A DNA stretch of 64,000 nucleotides from Candidatus Heimdallarchaeum aukensis (GCA_021513695.1 CP084166.1:192001-256000); one strand, 5' to 3'; counted from the stretch's first letter, positions 10,046 through 21,457 are shown. Translations and numbers: made by a program. The notes: generated from the letters alone by a model not told the origin.

Positions 10046-10969
10046 CTAATCATTTTTTATGCTTTCGTCTAGGTTGGTAGCTTTTTCTAATCCTCTATAT
10101 ATCTTCCATCTTCTATCGATATATTCTTTAAGTTTTTCAACTTGTTCAGGGGTTATATTTTTGAATCGTCCTTGTTTTGACAAAAATTCTTCTAATCCTG
10201 TAAATTTAGGTTTTCTGTTAATTTTCACTCTTCCATTTTCATATTCAATTAGTAGCCAATAACCTGATTCAACAGCTTCTTTTGCTAATTGGGGACCTAA
10301 ATGAGTTGGTACTTTCCATCCTGGAGTGCAGATAGACAAAACTTCTATATATCTAAATCCCTTCATCTTCTTTGCTTTTTCTATTTTATTGATAAAATCT
10401 TGAATGTAAGCTGTTGAAGCAGTAGCTACATAGGTAGCTTCATGTGCAATAAGTATCCTTGGAATATCTTTTGGAAACCATTCATTTCCTTTCGATTTTC
10501 CTTTAACAGGAGTTGTTGTAGACCACGAACCATAAGGAGTCAATCCTGAAGCTTGAATTCCTGTATTCTCATATGCTTGATTGTTGTAACAAATATACAA
10601 TATATTTTCATCTCTTTGAGCTGCTCCAGATAGAGCTTGTAGACCTATATCTGCCGTACCTCCATCTCCAGCCATCCCCAAGACTACTATATCTTCCTTG
10701 TTTTGAGCTTTTAAAGCTCTTGAGATCCCAGTAACAGTTGAAGCGGTATTCGCAAACTGTAGATGGAAATAAGGAACATCCCAGTTAAGATTAGGAAAAG
10801 TTCCTCCAAAAACACTTAGACAACAAGGGGGAACACTCACAATTGTTTTTTTCCCTAAAATACGCATTACGTTAATAGCGATATTTGACGCCATACAACC
10901 TGCACAAGCACTGTCTCCGCTTACAAACTCTGCTCTATCTGGAAGATCTTTTAATCTCATAGCTTTCAC
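10046..10969 (-). CDS. porB: 2-oxoacid:ferredoxin oxidoreductase beta subunit (TPP-binding)
   Basis: GMAGDGGTADIG is the TPP-binding GDG motif. Cys residues near the N-terminus are of the kind that bind the proximal FeS cluster. The product is 307 aa. Confidence 0.8.
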   Translation of the reverse strand: MKAMRLKDLPDRAEFVSGDSACAGCMASNIAINVMRILGKKTIVSVPPCCLSVFGGTFPNLNWDVPYFHLQFANTASTVTGISRALKAQNKEDIVVLGMAGDGGTADIGLQALSGAAQRDENILYICYNNQAYENTGIQASGLTPYGSWSTTTPVKGKSKGNEWFPKDIPRILIAHEATYVATASTAYIQDFINKIEKAKKMKGFRYIEVLSICTPGWKVPTHLGPQLAKEAVESGYWLLIEYENGRVKINRKPKFTGLEEFLSKQGRFKNITPEQVEKLKEYIDRRWKIYRGLEKATNLDESIKND

Positions 10970-11201
10970 TCTAATGGTTATTTTCTCAAATTATTGTTTG
11001 ACTTTTAAATGATTAGGTATATTCGCTTTATCGCTGTCTTGTCCTTCTGCTTTCTGAATTAGTTTTCTAGATTTTTAAATGTTGCATTTTAGACTTTAAT
11101 TTTCAAATATTTTATACTGTTTTATCAAATTATTTATAAGTAAGTATTTTTTTGCTCTTCTGAATAGTTACGTTGTTTACGTAGATTATAGGTGATAGTA
11201 A

Positions 11202-12944
11202 ATGAGTGACAATAGAAGTATAGAGAAAAATCTTGAAAAGCTTGTCCCCCCACATGGAGGAAAACTTGTAGACAAACACATAATAAGTGAAGAAGAAAGG
11301 TACAATTATGTTGAAAAAGCAAAAACTTTGCCTGTTTTAGAATTAAATGAAAGAACATTAGCTGATCTTGAATGTATAGCTACTGGAGTTTACTCTCCTC
11401 TAACAGGATTTATGACAGAAGAAGATTACAATAGTGTTGTCGAAACAATGCGATTGAAAAATGGTATAATTTGGCCTATTCCAGTAACTCTTCCAGTTGA
11501 TGATAACTTTGCTGAAAGTTTAAGTAAAGGAGATGAAATTGCATTAAAGTGGAATGGCATATATATGGGTTTAATGACTGTTTCTGATATTTACAAACCT
11601 GATAAAAAGAAAGAAGCTCTTAATGTTTATAAAACAGAAGATAGCGCTCATCCTGGAGTAGCTGCTCTATACCAAACTGGAAGCTATTATTTGGGAGGAG
11701 AAGTTTTATTAATTGATGATCTTCCTCACAAAGATTTTGTAGAATATAGATTTACTCCAAAACAAACAAGAACTGAATTTGCAAAAAGAGGGTGGAAAAC
11801 AGTCGTAGCTTTCCAAACAAGGAACCCAATACACAGAGCACATGAATATTTACAGAAAGTTGCTTTAGAATCTGTTGATGGATTATTCATAAATCCTCTT
11901 GTGGGTTCAACAAAAAGTGATGATGTTCCAGTTCAAACTAGAATGGAAACTTACAAAGTAATATTAAATGCTTACTATCCAAAAGATAGATTCTTCCTAG
12001 GAGTATTCCCTGCAAACATGAGGTATGCTGGCCCTAGAGAAGCAATTATGCATGCAATTGCTAGACAAAATTATGGTTGTTCTCACATTATTATTGGAAG
12101 AGACCATGCTGGAGTTGGAAACTACTATGGAACTTATGAAGCTCAAGAGATTTTTGAACAATTTAGTGATAATGAGTTAAAGATTAAACCTTTCAAATTT
12201 GAGCACGCTTTTTATTGTAAAATTTGTGAGCAAATGGCTACTCAAAAGACTTGTCCTCATGGTAAAGAGAGTCATGTTTATCTCTCTGGAACAAAAGTTA
12301 GGCAGATGTTAAGAGAAGGACAAATGCTTCCTAGAGAGTTTACTCGACCAGAAGTAGCTATGATTTTAACTGATGCTTATAATGGAAAGGCAAAAATAGA
12401 ACAAAAGGGTGTAACTTTACTATTTACTGGTCTTAGCGGATCAGGAAAAACAACAATAACTAAAGCTCTTGCTCAGGAATTAAAGAAAAGAGGATATCAA
12501 GTAGAACGTCTTGATGGAGATGTTGTAAGACAGTATCTAACCAAAGATTTGGGCTTCAGTAAACATGACAGAGATGAAAACATTAGAAGAGTAGGCTTCG
12601 TTGCTCATATGTTAACTCGTAACAATGTTATAGTTTTAATGGCTAATATTGCTCCTTATCAAGCAGTAAGAGACGAAATCAGACAACTAATTGGAGACTT
12701 TATGGAAGTATATGTAAAAGCTCCTCTAGAGGTTTGTGAATCTAGAGATGTAAAAGGATTATATAAGAAAGCAAAAGCAGGTGAAATATTAAATTTCACA
12801 GGAGTCAATGATCCATATGAACCTCCAACTAACCCTGAAATTGTTTGTGAAACTGATAAAGAAACTGTAGAAGAATCAGTCCATAAAGTATTAGCAAAGT
12901 TAGTCGAATATGGATATGTTGATTCTAGTGTTTTAGAGAAATAA
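11202..12944 (+). CDS. Bifunctional sulfate adenylyltransferase (ATP sulfurylase) / adenylylsulfate kinase fusion
   Basis: The N-terminal half has [11 protein letters not shown] and GRDHAG, the ATP sulfurylase motifs. The C-terminal half has [13 protein letters not shown], the APS kinase P-loop. Confidence 0.85.
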   Translation: MSDNRSIEKNLEKLVPPHGGKLVDKHIISEEERYNYVEKAKTLPVLELNERTLADLECIATGVYSPLTGFMTEEDYNSVVETMRLKNGIIWPIPVTLPVDDNFAESLSKGDEIALKWNGIYMGLMTVSDIYKPDKKKEALNVYKTEDSAHPGVAALYQTGSYYLGGEVLLIDDLPHKDFVEYRFTPKQTRTEFAKRGWKTVVAFQTRNPIHRAHEYLQKVALESVDGLFINPLVGSTKSDDVPVQTRMETYKVILNAYYPKDRFFLGVFPANMRYAGPREAIMHAIARQNYGCSHIIIGRDHAGVGNYYGTYEAQEIFEQFSDNELKIKPFKFEHAFYCKICEQMATQKTCPHGKESHVYLSGTKVRQMLREGQMLPREFTRPEVAMILTDAYNGKAKIEQKGVTLLFTGLSGSGKTTITKALAQELKKRGYQVERLDGDVVRQYLTKDLGFSKHDRDENIRRVGFVAHMLTRNNVIVLMANIAPYQAVRDEIRQLIGDFMEVYVKAPLEVCESRDVKGLYKKAKAGEILNFTGVNDPYEPPTNPEIVCETDKETVEESVHKVLAKLVEYGYVDSSVLEK

Positions 12945-13019
12945 CTAACTTCTATTTTCTTCTTTTTTTTAAAAATTCTCCCAAAAACATTATTAAATAT
13001 TGAGAAAATAAAATAAAAT

Positions 13020-13658
13020 ATGGAAAAAAATATTGAATCTGTTCCTTTATGGAAGAAAATCGGAGAGAAACTAACACCATATTTAACGAGAGATGATTTC
13101 ATTTCTATGGATAAAGAACGATATATCAGCCTTATTAAAAGATTGAAAGCAATAAATGAATTATCTGAAAAACAATATACTTACGCAAACATTAATCGAG
13201 ATTTAATTTTAATCCGAATGGGGCTTATTCACAATCTTCCAGAAATAACAGATGATTCATTAGAAACAATATTGAAGCAACTAGCTGTTCACTTAGCAAT
13301 ATTATATTACAATGATAATGATGTTAGTAGTTGGACTGAAGCAGAAAATAAGGTTTTAGAAGTTATTTCTTCTGGATTTGAATCAAGAGTAACTATGGGT
13401 TTAAGTCCTACAGAGCATTTAGAAACTTTAAGCTCGAAAATAAAAGAAATAGGACAGATAAATAAAGAAACAATTGCACAAATTATAAATGAAATTGAAG
13501 AAACAAAAGATAAACTCATGCAGTCAGGTATCTCTGGTGTCACTTTGCATAAATTCACTCAATACGCACAAAAACTTAAAAGAGCTGATGATGAATTACC
13601 AACAAAATATGATATATTAGAAGAAATTGCGAGTTGGCAAGAACTTATCTCAAAATAA
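13020..13658 (+). CDS. Hypothetical protein
   Basis: The ORF is 212 aa. No recognisable motif was found. Confidence 0.3.
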   Translation: MEKNIESVPLWKKIGEKLTPYLTRDDFISMDKERYISLIKRLKAINELSEKQYTYANINRDLILIRMGLIHNLPEITDDSLETILKQLAVHLAILYYNDNDVSSWTEAENKVLEVISSGFESRVTMGLSPTEHLETLSSKIKEIGQINKETIAQIINEIEETKDKLMQSGISGVTLHKFTQYAQKLKRADDELPTKYDILEEIASWQELISK

Positions 13659-14520
13659 AAAGACTAGGGGAGTAAAATTGAGTAAGAACAAGAAAGAAGA
13701 CAAAAAGAAAAGTGAAGACATAGTCAACAATGTTAAAGAAACAATTCCAGATCTACCAGAAATTTTCAGACACGAAAAGAAAGAAGAAACAGAAGAAATA
13801 GCTAGTATTCCAAAAGTAAAAATTGAGAAAAAAGAAAAAGAGCAAGTTGAAGAAACAAAGTCTAGTAATCTTTTTGGTCAGAAAATTCAAGGTCTAAAAG
13901 AAAAAGTTGAACAAATTGTAAATGTTAACAAATTACGTCCCCGAATTGAAAAAGATATTGAAAATCTACTTAAAGATGGAAACACATTACTTATCGGTAA
14001 AAATGTAGGTGTCTTTGCAGAGAGATTAACAGAAAAAGGAATGAATATAATAGCTCGAGACACATCAATTACCTTTATCAGTCCCAAAACTGAAGTGAAT
14101 AATGTAAAAATATTAGAAAAAATGGAATTAAAACCCTTTTCTCTGGAAAAGATGAATAATCTTAAAGGTCCTTTCATAAATATTATTTTATTTTTTGCTT
14201 TAAAAGGAAGAAAAAAGGAAGAAATTTACTCAATAGTAAATAAGTGTAAACAACTATTGTACTCCTCTGGTCTTCTCTTTATTGTAGAAGAATCTACTTC
14301 AGGGTTAAATATTTTTTTAAATTTCTTTAAGTATTTAACCTATGTAAATAAATTCATTAAAAGTAAGATTAAGAAAGAAGAATATACTTGGCCAGTAGTT
14401 AAAATAAAAAAAGTAATTAAACAACTCGAACTAAGAAAATTCAAGACATTCGTTTATGGGGGAAGAAATGTTCAAACTTATGTTCTAGCAAAAAGACTAA
14501 GTGCCTTTCTTTCTAGATAG
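13627..14520 (+). CDS. Hypothetical protein with Lys/Glu-rich N-terminal region and possible Rossmann-like C-terminal domain
   Basis: LLIGKNVGVFAERLTEKGMNIIARD resembles MTase motif I. The start codon is uncertain because the ORF overlaps the previous one. Confidence 0.3.
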   Translation: MRVGKNLSQNKKTRGVKLSKNKKEDKKKSEDIVNNVKETIPDLPEIFRHEKKEETEEIASIPKVKIEKKEKEQVEETKSSNLFGQKIQGLKEKVEQIVNVNKLRPRIEKDIENLLKDGNTLLIGKNVGVFAERLTEKGMNIIARDTSITFISPKTEVNNVKILEKMELKPFSLEKMNNLKGPFINIILFFALKGRKKEEIYSIVNKCKQLLYSSGLLFIVEESTSGLNIFLNFFKYLTYVNKFIKSKIKKEEYTWPVVKIKKVIKQLELRKFKTFVYGGRNVQTYVLAKRLSAFLSR

Positions 14521-14867
14521 CCTTTTTTTTCAAAGAACAATCTGAAAGAAATGAAGAATTAAAGAAGATGTAAGAGTTGCTACAGTTGTTATAAGCGACA
14601 AACTATAGTACAATAGAATATATAAATTAATAATTCTAGTTATGTAAGTTTTAAAAGTAATTTTTGTTCCAGTTTATTTTTAATTTTTAATATAAATTAT
14701 GTAATACTCAAAACTATGTTTTTGTCTTATCTAAATAATATATCAAACACTTTCTAACTACAGATAAAGAATTTGGCCGACATAATTTGTTTAACAGTAA
14801 TATTCACTTTCAATGCACCCTCTCTGTCGCTTTAAATAGTACCATTCGAGAAGTTACATGAAAAGAT

Positions 14868-15833
14868 ATGATAAGAACAGAGCAAGAGAATAAAGCTAGA
14901 ATTGTGTGTTCAGAGTGTGGAGAAAGTAATTTTGTTGAAACTGTTTCAGATGTTGTTTGTAGAAATTGTGGTCTTGTAATTGATCAAAGATACAGTTCAG
15001 ATCATTTTGTTGAAAATGATTCCACAGATTGGAGAAAAAAACGTTTTGGTAGTCCTGAAAGTAGAAGAAGTAAAAATACATATTTTTCATCTTTTGAAGT
15101 TTCTCCAGGAGAAAGCAGAGCACAATTTCAGAGAATGTGGTTTGCTGAAAAAAAGTTGGAATATGATGCAATAGAAGAGAACAAGTCAAGATTATTAAAT
15201 ATTCTAACAAAATTAGGCTTTTCTTCTAATCAAAAAAACCAAATAATGTATGAATTAAGAAAGCGATATGAAGCTGAAAAAAGAGCAGGTAACAAAGTAT
15301 CAAACATTTTCCTATTAGCTTCAGCGTTAGCAATTATTTTTTCAAAAAACCTTAATATTCCAGTGAGTATTCGTACTGTAGTTGATGTTTTTAAAAGCTA
15401 TGGCTGTAAAATTAGCTCAAAAGCAGTTAGAGATTATATCATTTCAAACAATTTGGCTTATACCAATTCATCTACAAGTGTTTGGGTAACAAAACATATG
15501 GCAACCTTGAGGTCTGATTTGTCGATTAGAGAGCAAATAAGGCAAGAATTACAAAATGTTGGAGACTCGTTAGAAATAACTGAACTAGATATAGACAAAA
15601 TCTTGACTTCAATTGAACTATTTGCAGTTAAACTTTCCAAAATTGAAGCCAAAAGCAGACGTCCTAGTGTTCTAAGTGTAGCATGTATATTCCTTGCTTC
15701 AGAGATGATAGCTGAAAAGATTAATATTACATTATTTAACCAAGCTTTTTTGGCAAGAACTTGCAAAGTTAGTCCTGCGACATTACGAAGTCACTTAATC
15801 TATCTGAGAAGTAACATAAAAACAAAGATTTAG
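14868..15833 (+). CDS. tfb: Transcription initiation factor IIB (TFB) homologue
   Basis: The N-terminal zinc ribbon is CSECGESNFVETVSDVVCRNCG. Two cyclin-like repeats follow (…IFLLASALAII… and …SVLSVACIFLASEMIAEK…). Confidence 0.7.
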   Translation: MIRTEQENKARIVCSECGESNFVETVSDVVCRNCGLVIDQRYSSDHFVENDSTDWRKKRFGSPESRRSKNTYFSSFEVSPGESRAQFQRMWFAEKKLEYDAIEENKSRLLNILTKLGFSSNQKNQIMYELRKRYEAEKRAGNKVSNIFLLASALAIIFSKNLNIPVSIRTVVDVFKSYGCKISSKAVRDYIISNNLAYTNSSTSVWVTKHMATLRSDLSIREQIRQELQNVGDSLEITELDIDKILTSIELFAVKLSKIEAKSRRPSVLSVACIFLASEMIAEKINITLFNQAFLARTCKVSPATLRSHLIYLRSNIKTKI

Positions 15834-15863
15834 TTTTTTTCCATTCTAAAAAGTTTTATAAAT

Positions 15864-16793
15864 ATGTTCACAACTTCAAGAGTTATGGTATTATCTCCCA
15901 CAACATTATTTTTGATTTCTATAATTGCTCTAGTCGTTGGTATTTTAAGTGTGATTGCAGGATTAGGTGGTGGGGTATTTATAGTTCCTATCTTAACTGT
16001 TTTATTTAAATATGAGATGCCTATTGTTGTTGGAACAACTTTAGCTTCAACTACATTTATTTCTCTAGTTGGGGTAATAGGTGCAAGAAAAAGAAAAGAA
16101 ATTGATTTTAAATTTGCTTTCGCATTTTTGATTCCTGCCACGATATCAACTTTTTTTGGAGCTCTAATTACAGATATGATTCCTGAAATTATTTTACTCT
16201 CAATATTGTTTTCTTTAGCTCTGTTATTAAGTATTAGGATGCTACTTGAGTCAAGAAAAAAGAAAAAACTTGGAATAAAGACTTATAGACGAGATAAAAT
16301 ACAAGAATTAAAAAAAGAAAAGAAAGAACAAGAAGAACATAGTCATAAAATAGCTTTTTTCGCAAGGTTTCATTATCCTTGGTTAAGACCTTTTATAACT
16401 ATCAAAAGAGATGAATACGAGTTCAAAATAAGTATACCAGTAATAATTGTATTTGGTTTATTAATTGGTTTTATCACTGGGCTTTTAGGATCATCTGGAG
16501 GATGGCTTATATCTCCGTTAATGATCTTAGGATTTGGTTATACTCCTATTGTAGCTTCTGGTACTTCTCTTTTTATCATTCTAATTAAAGCAATTGTAGG
16601 AGGTACAACTCATGTTATACAAGGTCATTTTGATATGATTCTGTTTTTTGTATTATCTGTATTTTTACCGATTGGGGGTTTTATTGGAGATTTAATAAAA
16701 AGACGTATGAAAAATAGAATAGTTGGTTTAATATTAGGATTTTGTCTGTTGGGTGTTTCTGCTGTAATACTTGTGTTCTATTTCATTCTTTAA
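15864..16793 (+). CDS. TauE/SafE (DUF81) family sulfite/anion exporter
   Basis: Two 4-TM repeats each carry a G-rich motif (GLGGGVFIVPIL and GLLGSSGGWLISPLM). Confidence 0.65.
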   Translation: MFTTSRVMVLSPTTLFLISIIALVVGILSVIAGLGGGVFIVPILTVLFKYEMPIVVGTTLASTTFISLVGVIGARKRKEIDFKFAFAFLIPATISTFFGALITDMIPEIILLSILFSLALLLSIRMLLESRKKKKLGIKTYRRDKIQELKKEKKEQEEHSHKIAFFARFHYPWLRPFITIKRDEYEFKISIPVIIVFGLLIGFITGLLGSSGGWLISPLMILGFGYTPIVASGTSLFIILIKAIVGGTTHVIQGHFDMILFFVLSVFLPIGGFIGDLIKRRMKNRIVGLILGFCLLGVSAVILVFYFIL

Positions 16794-16899
16794 CAAATTT
16801 TTTTAAGTTTAGAAACTTTTATGGTGAAAGCTTTTTTTGAATAATTGAATTTTTTTTTATTAAGATACCTTTATATTTTTCCATATAACTCGGTGCATA

Positions 16900-17634
16900 A
16901 TGAGTGAGAATAGTGCAGAAGATATAATATTAACTAAAGATCTAGTTAAGAACTTTAAACTTGATAGAGATACTATAGTAAAAGTTCTTACTGGAGTAAA
17001 CATGAGAATAAAAAAAGGCGAATTTGTTGCTATAATGGGGCCCAGTGGTTCAGGAAAGAGTACGCTAGTAAATATATTATCAACTTTAGAGACAATTACA
17101 GATGGTGACGTATATATTGTTGGAACTAATTTAAAAGAGTTAACAAACAAAGAATATTTAGAAATTAGGAGAAAAACTTCCTCAATCGTTTTTCAAAATT
17201 TCAGTTTGATCTCTTATCTCACAGCTTTAGAAAATGTAAAACTTCCTATGATTTTAAGAGGAGAAGATGATGAAACAGCTACAAGAAAAGCTATAGCATA
17301 TCTAGAAAATGTAGGTCTTTACGGAAGAATGCATCATTTACCAGAACAACTCTCAGGGGGAGAACAGCAAAGAGTTGCAATAGCACGTGCATTAGCTCAT
17401 GAACCAGATATTATATACTGTGATGAACCTAGTGGCAATTTAGATACTGTTACAGGAAGAGAAATAATAAGTTTGTTTAAACAGTTGAGCAAAGAGAAGA
17501 ATATTACTGTAGTTATGGTTACTCATGATCATGAAGCAGCAAAACAGACAGATCGATTATACATTTTGCGTAATGGAAAACTTGCAGAAGAGCAGATTTC
17601 AATTTTAAACAAGCGTAGAGGTGAAAGAAAATGA
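16900..17634 (+). CDS. ABC transporter ATP-binding protein (MacB/LolD-like)
   Basis: Walker A is GPSGSGKST. The signature is LSGGEQQRVAIARAL. Walker B is IIYCDEPSGNLD. Confidence 0.85.
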   Translation: MSENSAEDIILTKDLVKNFKLDRDTIVKVLTGVNMRIKKGEFVAIMGPSGSGKSTLVNILSTLETITDGDVYIVGTNLKELTNKEYLEIRRKTSSIVFQNFSLISYLTALENVKLPMILRGEDDETATRKAIAYLENVGLYGRMHHLPEQLSGGEQQRVAIARALAHEPDIIYCDEPSGNLDTVTGREIISLFKQLSKEKNITVVMVTHDHEAAKQTDRLYILRNGKLAEEQISILNKRRGERK

Positions 17635-20444
17635 GTATTTCAGGTAAAATTATTGCAATGATTAATTATATTCAACTTGCATTTAAGTCTATTATCTCAT
17701 ATAAGAGAAGATCTCTATCGATTGTTGCTGGGTTAATTCTAGGAGCAGCAATCTTCTCGAGTATTTTCTTTTATGGTTCTATTGTAAAAACAATAGCTGT
17801 AATGGATATAGTAAATAACATTGAAGCTGAAGTTATCTTTTATCCAAATGATTTAGGATTTAATAACCCATGGGAGCTTTCTAATGAGATAGCAAATGAA
17901 CCAGAAGCGAAAGAGGCAACGATTATTTACACAAAAAGTTATGGTTATATAAGTGGAGAAGATTTTTTTGAGTTTAGTTTTGAACTTACAGAAAATGTAA
18001 GTGATACGAAATATCAACCTGAATATCTGAATCCAATTGTTATCGATGAAGAGGATGTAAATAATGAGTTCGTTAATTCAATAGATTTAGTTGATGGAAA
18101 TCTATCTCTTAACGAGGGCGAATGTATAGTATCTGAAACTTTGTCTCTAATATATGGTTTGGAGATTGGTGATAATTTACCTGTAAATATAACAGCATCC
18201 ACTCTTGTATTTGATGATCTTACTCGAAACTTTACTGTTACTGAATCAGTAAATCTTGTAACTAATCTTACAATTTCAGGATTCTTTAACATTGAACGAG
18301 TAAGAACAGGAATAAGTTTCTTCAGTTCTGAAGATGTTATTTTTTCTTCTTCTAATCTAATAGATGAAATGATTGATTCACTTGTAAAACATGGGTATTA
18401 CATAATTGGAGTGAAATTAGATTATAGTAACTTATCAGTCGACGATATAAATAAAATGAGTGAAGAAATTGACATTTTCATTGATAGAATAATTAGAAGG
18501 CATCCAAATCAACTAGAAGGAATTAACCTTGTTGGTTTAGTGTTGCAAGCAAACTCAATATTAACTTTGATAATGCAAATAATAGATTTTGTTCTTTATA
18601 TTCCTGCGTTAATACTTTCTATAATTTTAATTAACTTTGGTGCTGATCTTGCATTACAAGAAAGGAAATACGAGGTAGGAGTACTAAAAGCTCAAGGAGC
18701 AAGTCCAAAGCAAATAAAAAGGATGATTTTTACAGAAATCATTATTATTGGAATTATAGGTGAAACTATAGGCATCAGTCTTGGAACAATTGGAGCAGCA
18801 GTCGTGGTATCTTCTTATAGCTTTATGAATGTGAATATATCACAGTTCAGTGAAGCTTTTACTTTTTTAAGTATTAAAGCTGGAGGAATTATCACTACAA
18901 TAATTGTTACACTAGGCATTTTACTAATTACAACTAACAAGAAAACAAAAACATTCTTAAAACAAGAAATAGCAGTAGTGAAAACAATAGATAAACCAAA
19001 GATTGGTTTCTTTAAACGTATTTATGCAGATGTCTTCGCTTTTTCATTTGGAATGATAGGCGTATTTCTATCATTTTTAAGAGAAATAAATGAAAATGTT
19101 AAATTCCAAGGTTGGGCAATCTTTCTCCAGATTACTTCACCTATTTTACTATGGTACGCTTCAGGATTGGTTGCTTCTAGAATCGCTCCTAAGATCCCAC
19201 AAGTTTTGGATAAGTATATAGTTAGAGTATTTAAAAGGATTGGACTCTTAATAAAAGGAAGTTTAAGTAGAAGACACCAATATTTCCCAAGAATAACTTT
19301 GCTTCTCTGCTTATCAGTTTCTCTTTCAGTTTTTACTGCCATTCAAGGAGCGACAGGGAACGAATTTCTTATCCAACAAGTAGAGACCAATGTAGGCGGA
19401 GATATGAGAATAGAATTAGTTGGTAATATCAACTCTCTTAGTATATCAAACTTCACAGGATTTGAAGACAAAATAGAGAGTGTAGTCCCTATATATTATA
19501 AATCTGCAGAACTGTTTTGGGGAGGTAAGATATTTATCTTTGGAGTAGACATTGAATTATACTCCGAAGAATGCTTCTGGCATAAAAATGCGATAGAAGA
19601 TTATAAAAATCCAAAAGATGGGTTAGATGTTCTACTTGCAGATCCTCTTAATAACATGGCTGTAGACAAGATGACTGCCAACTATCTTGAAATTGATACA
19701 AATTCCACTATCTCATTAACTGAAGTCAACAAAACAATTACTGCAGAAGCTAAAATTGTTTATGATCATGCTCCAGCATTGTTGGATGTAGAAAATGAAT
19801 GGGGTTTCCATGCTTTGGTCGATAAAAGATTCCTAATTGCTCATTTTCCAGATACGACAAAGATTGTAAGAGCAGTCATAAACTTTAAACTAGGAGTAAA
19901 TGTGGAAAAAGAAAGGTTAGCTTTTGAATTCAAGAAGAATTTTGAGTGGATAAGCGATATTTATACTTATGATGAGGTGCTAGAAGATTTACAAAAAGCT
20001 GAAGGACGAAGCTTTGGAATACCAGGACTTCTTTCGATTAACTATATCGTTGCTATTACTATTTCAATCATCGGAGTATTTATCTTTATGATGTTAATAA
20101 TTAATAAACGAAGAAAAGAATTTGCGATTTTAATTGCTGAAGGTGCTTCGAAAAAGCAACTAATTCTACTAGTAATAAGTGAAATACTTTCTATTGCTAT
20201 ATTTGCGACATTATTTGGTTCAATCATAGGTTATTTATTTGCTTATCAATTCAATATCTTCATCTCGTTCTTTGATTCGGTATTAGGCTTTTCTCAAGTA
20301 ACCTTTAAACGGAATTTATACATACCAATAGTGTCATTATCAATTACAATAGTAATATCTTTTGTGTCGATAATAATAGCTACGTTAATACCTGCAATTA
20401 GCGCATCAGAAGTAAACGTAGTCGAAGAAATGAGAGTAGTTTAG
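17631..20444 (+). CDS. ABC transporter permease, FtsX/MacB-type with two FtsX modules and large extracytoplasmic domains
   Basis: LKAQGASPKQIKRMIF and LIAEGASKKQLILLVI are FtsX signatures. The product is 937 aa. It overlaps the upstream ATPase gene by 4 nt. Confidence 0.75.
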   Translation: MSISGKIIAMINYIQLAFKSIISYKRRSLSIVAGLILGAAIFSSIFFYGSIVKTIAVMDIVNNIEAEVIFYPNDLGFNNPWELSNEIANEPEAKEATIIYTKSYGYISGEDFFEFSFELTENVSDTKYQPEYLNPIVIDEEDVNNEFVNSIDLVDGNLSLNEGECIVSETLSLIYGLEIGDNLPVNITASTLVFDDLTRNFTVTESVNLVTNLTISGFFNIERVRTGISFFSSEDVIFSSSNLIDEMIDSLVKHGYYIIGVKLDYSNLSVDDINKMSEEIDIFIDRIIRRHPNQLEGINLVGLVLQANSILTLIMQIIDFVLYIPALILSIILINFGADLALQERKYEVGVLKAQGASPKQIKRMIFTEIIIIGIIGETIGISLGTIGAAVVVSSYSFMNVNISQFSEAFTFLSIKAGGIITTIIVTLGILLITTNKKTKTFLKQEIAVVKTIDKPKIGFFKRIYADVFAFSFGMIGVFLSFLREINENVKFQGWAIFLQITSPILLWYASGLVASRIAPKIPQVLDKYIVRVFKRIGLLIKGSLSRRHQYFPRITLLLCLSVSLSVFTAIQGATGNEFLIQQVETNVGGDMRIELVGNINSLSISNFTGFEDKIESVVPIYYKSAELFWGGKIFIFGVDIELYSEECFWHKNAIEDYKNPKDGLDVLLADPLNNMAVDKMTANYLEIDTNSTISLTEVNKTITAEAKIVYDHAPALLDVENEWGFHALVDKRFLIAHFPDTTKIVRAVINFKLGVNVEKERLAFEFKKNFEWISDIYTYDEVLEDLQKAEGRSFGIPGLLSINYIVAITISIIGVFIFMMLIINKRRKEFAILIAEGASKKQLILLVISEILSIAIFATLFGSIIGYLFAYQFNIFISFFDSVLGFSQVTFKRNLYIPIVSLSITIVISFVSIIIATLIPAISASEVNVVEEMRVV

Positions 20445-20455
20445 GTGATAAAAAA

Positions 20456-21457
20456 ATGTATACAGGAATAATGAAAAAAGCAGAACTCCCGGAAGATTTA
20501 GCTTTGCAGTGTTTAGACCTTTATCATGTATATGGGACTGAACTAGAAAATAAAGTAGTAGCTCTTAGAGGGGTAAGTTTTGATATTAAAAAAGGAGAAA
20601 TACTTTCAATAATTGGCCCATCTGGAGCAGGAAAATCAACATTGCTTTTGAGTTTAGGTGGAATGTTAAAACCTTCAGCAGGTCAGATAATATTCAGTGA
20701 TGGAACAGATATTACTAAATTACCGGAGAAGTTCCTTTTTGAGTTTAGAAGAAAGAAGGTAGGGTATGTTTTCCAAGAACAGAACCTATTACCTCATTTA
20801 AGTGCAGAAAAGAACATAGAAATGCCCATGAAACTTTTAAATACTCCTTACTTAGAAATGAAAAGAAAATCAAAAGAACTTATGCAAAGATTAGGAATTT
20901 TCCATAGAAGACATCATATTCCCACTAAACTATCAGGTGGAGAAAGGCAAAGAGTAGCTATAGCAAGAGCTTTAGCAAATAATCCTGAAATAATACTCGC
21001 AGATGAACCTACAGGAGCTGTAGATGCTGAAACATCAGTACAAATTTTGGAGTTATTTACAGAACTTTCTGATGAATTTGGAACAAGTTATCTTATATGC
21101 TCTCATGACCCTATTGTTGCAGATTTCTCCAATCGTTCTTTGGAAATTCGAGATGGAATAATCATAGGAGAACATGGAATGGGTTTTGACCTCGAGAATC
21201 TTGATCAAACTCGATTGCTTGTTCCAGATAATCAAGGTAGATTGAGTATTCCAGAAGAAGCTATGCGACAATTAGGAGGAGCTTTTCTTTTCTCTTGGGA
21301 GGTTACAGAACAAGGTCTTTTGTTGAAACCTATCAAATCTCCAGAAAAAAGAGAAGGGCCAAAAATAAAGTTTTGCCCAAGTTGTGGGCTGGAAATACCA
21401 CCTAATACCTATTCTTGTCCTCGCTGTGGAACTAAACTAACAAGAGTAATTCATTAA
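20456..21457 (+). CDS. Second ABC ATP-binding protein with C-terminal zinc-ribbon extension
   Basis: GPSGAGKSTLL, LSGGERQRVAIARAL and ILADEPTGAVD are the ABC motifs. The C-terminal tail carries CPSCG...CPRCG. Confidence 0.8.
   Translation: MYTGIMKKAELPEDLALQCLDLYHVYGTELENKVVALRGVSFDIKKGEILSIIGPSGAGKSTLLLSLGGMLKPSAGQIIFSDGTDITKLPEKFLFEFRRKKVGYVFQEQNLLPHLSAEKNIEMPMKLLNTPYLEMKRKSKELMQRLGIFHRRHHIPTKLSGGERQRVAIARALANNPEIILADEPTGAVDAETSVQILELFTELSDEFGTSYLICSHDPIVADFSNRSLEIRDGIIIGEHGMGFDLENLDQTRLLVPDNQGRLSIPEEAMRQLGGAFLFSWEVTEQGLLLKPIKSPEKREGPKIKFCPSCGLEIPPNTYSCPRCGTKLTRVIH

Noticed and set aside
13307-14177. Minus-strand short ORFs (13307-13558, 13887-14177) within the two hypothetical + strand genes
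   Set aside because: They lie antisense within longer ORFs, and the + strand ORFs have more protein-like composition. Neither strand has strong homology, so this choice is a judgement call.
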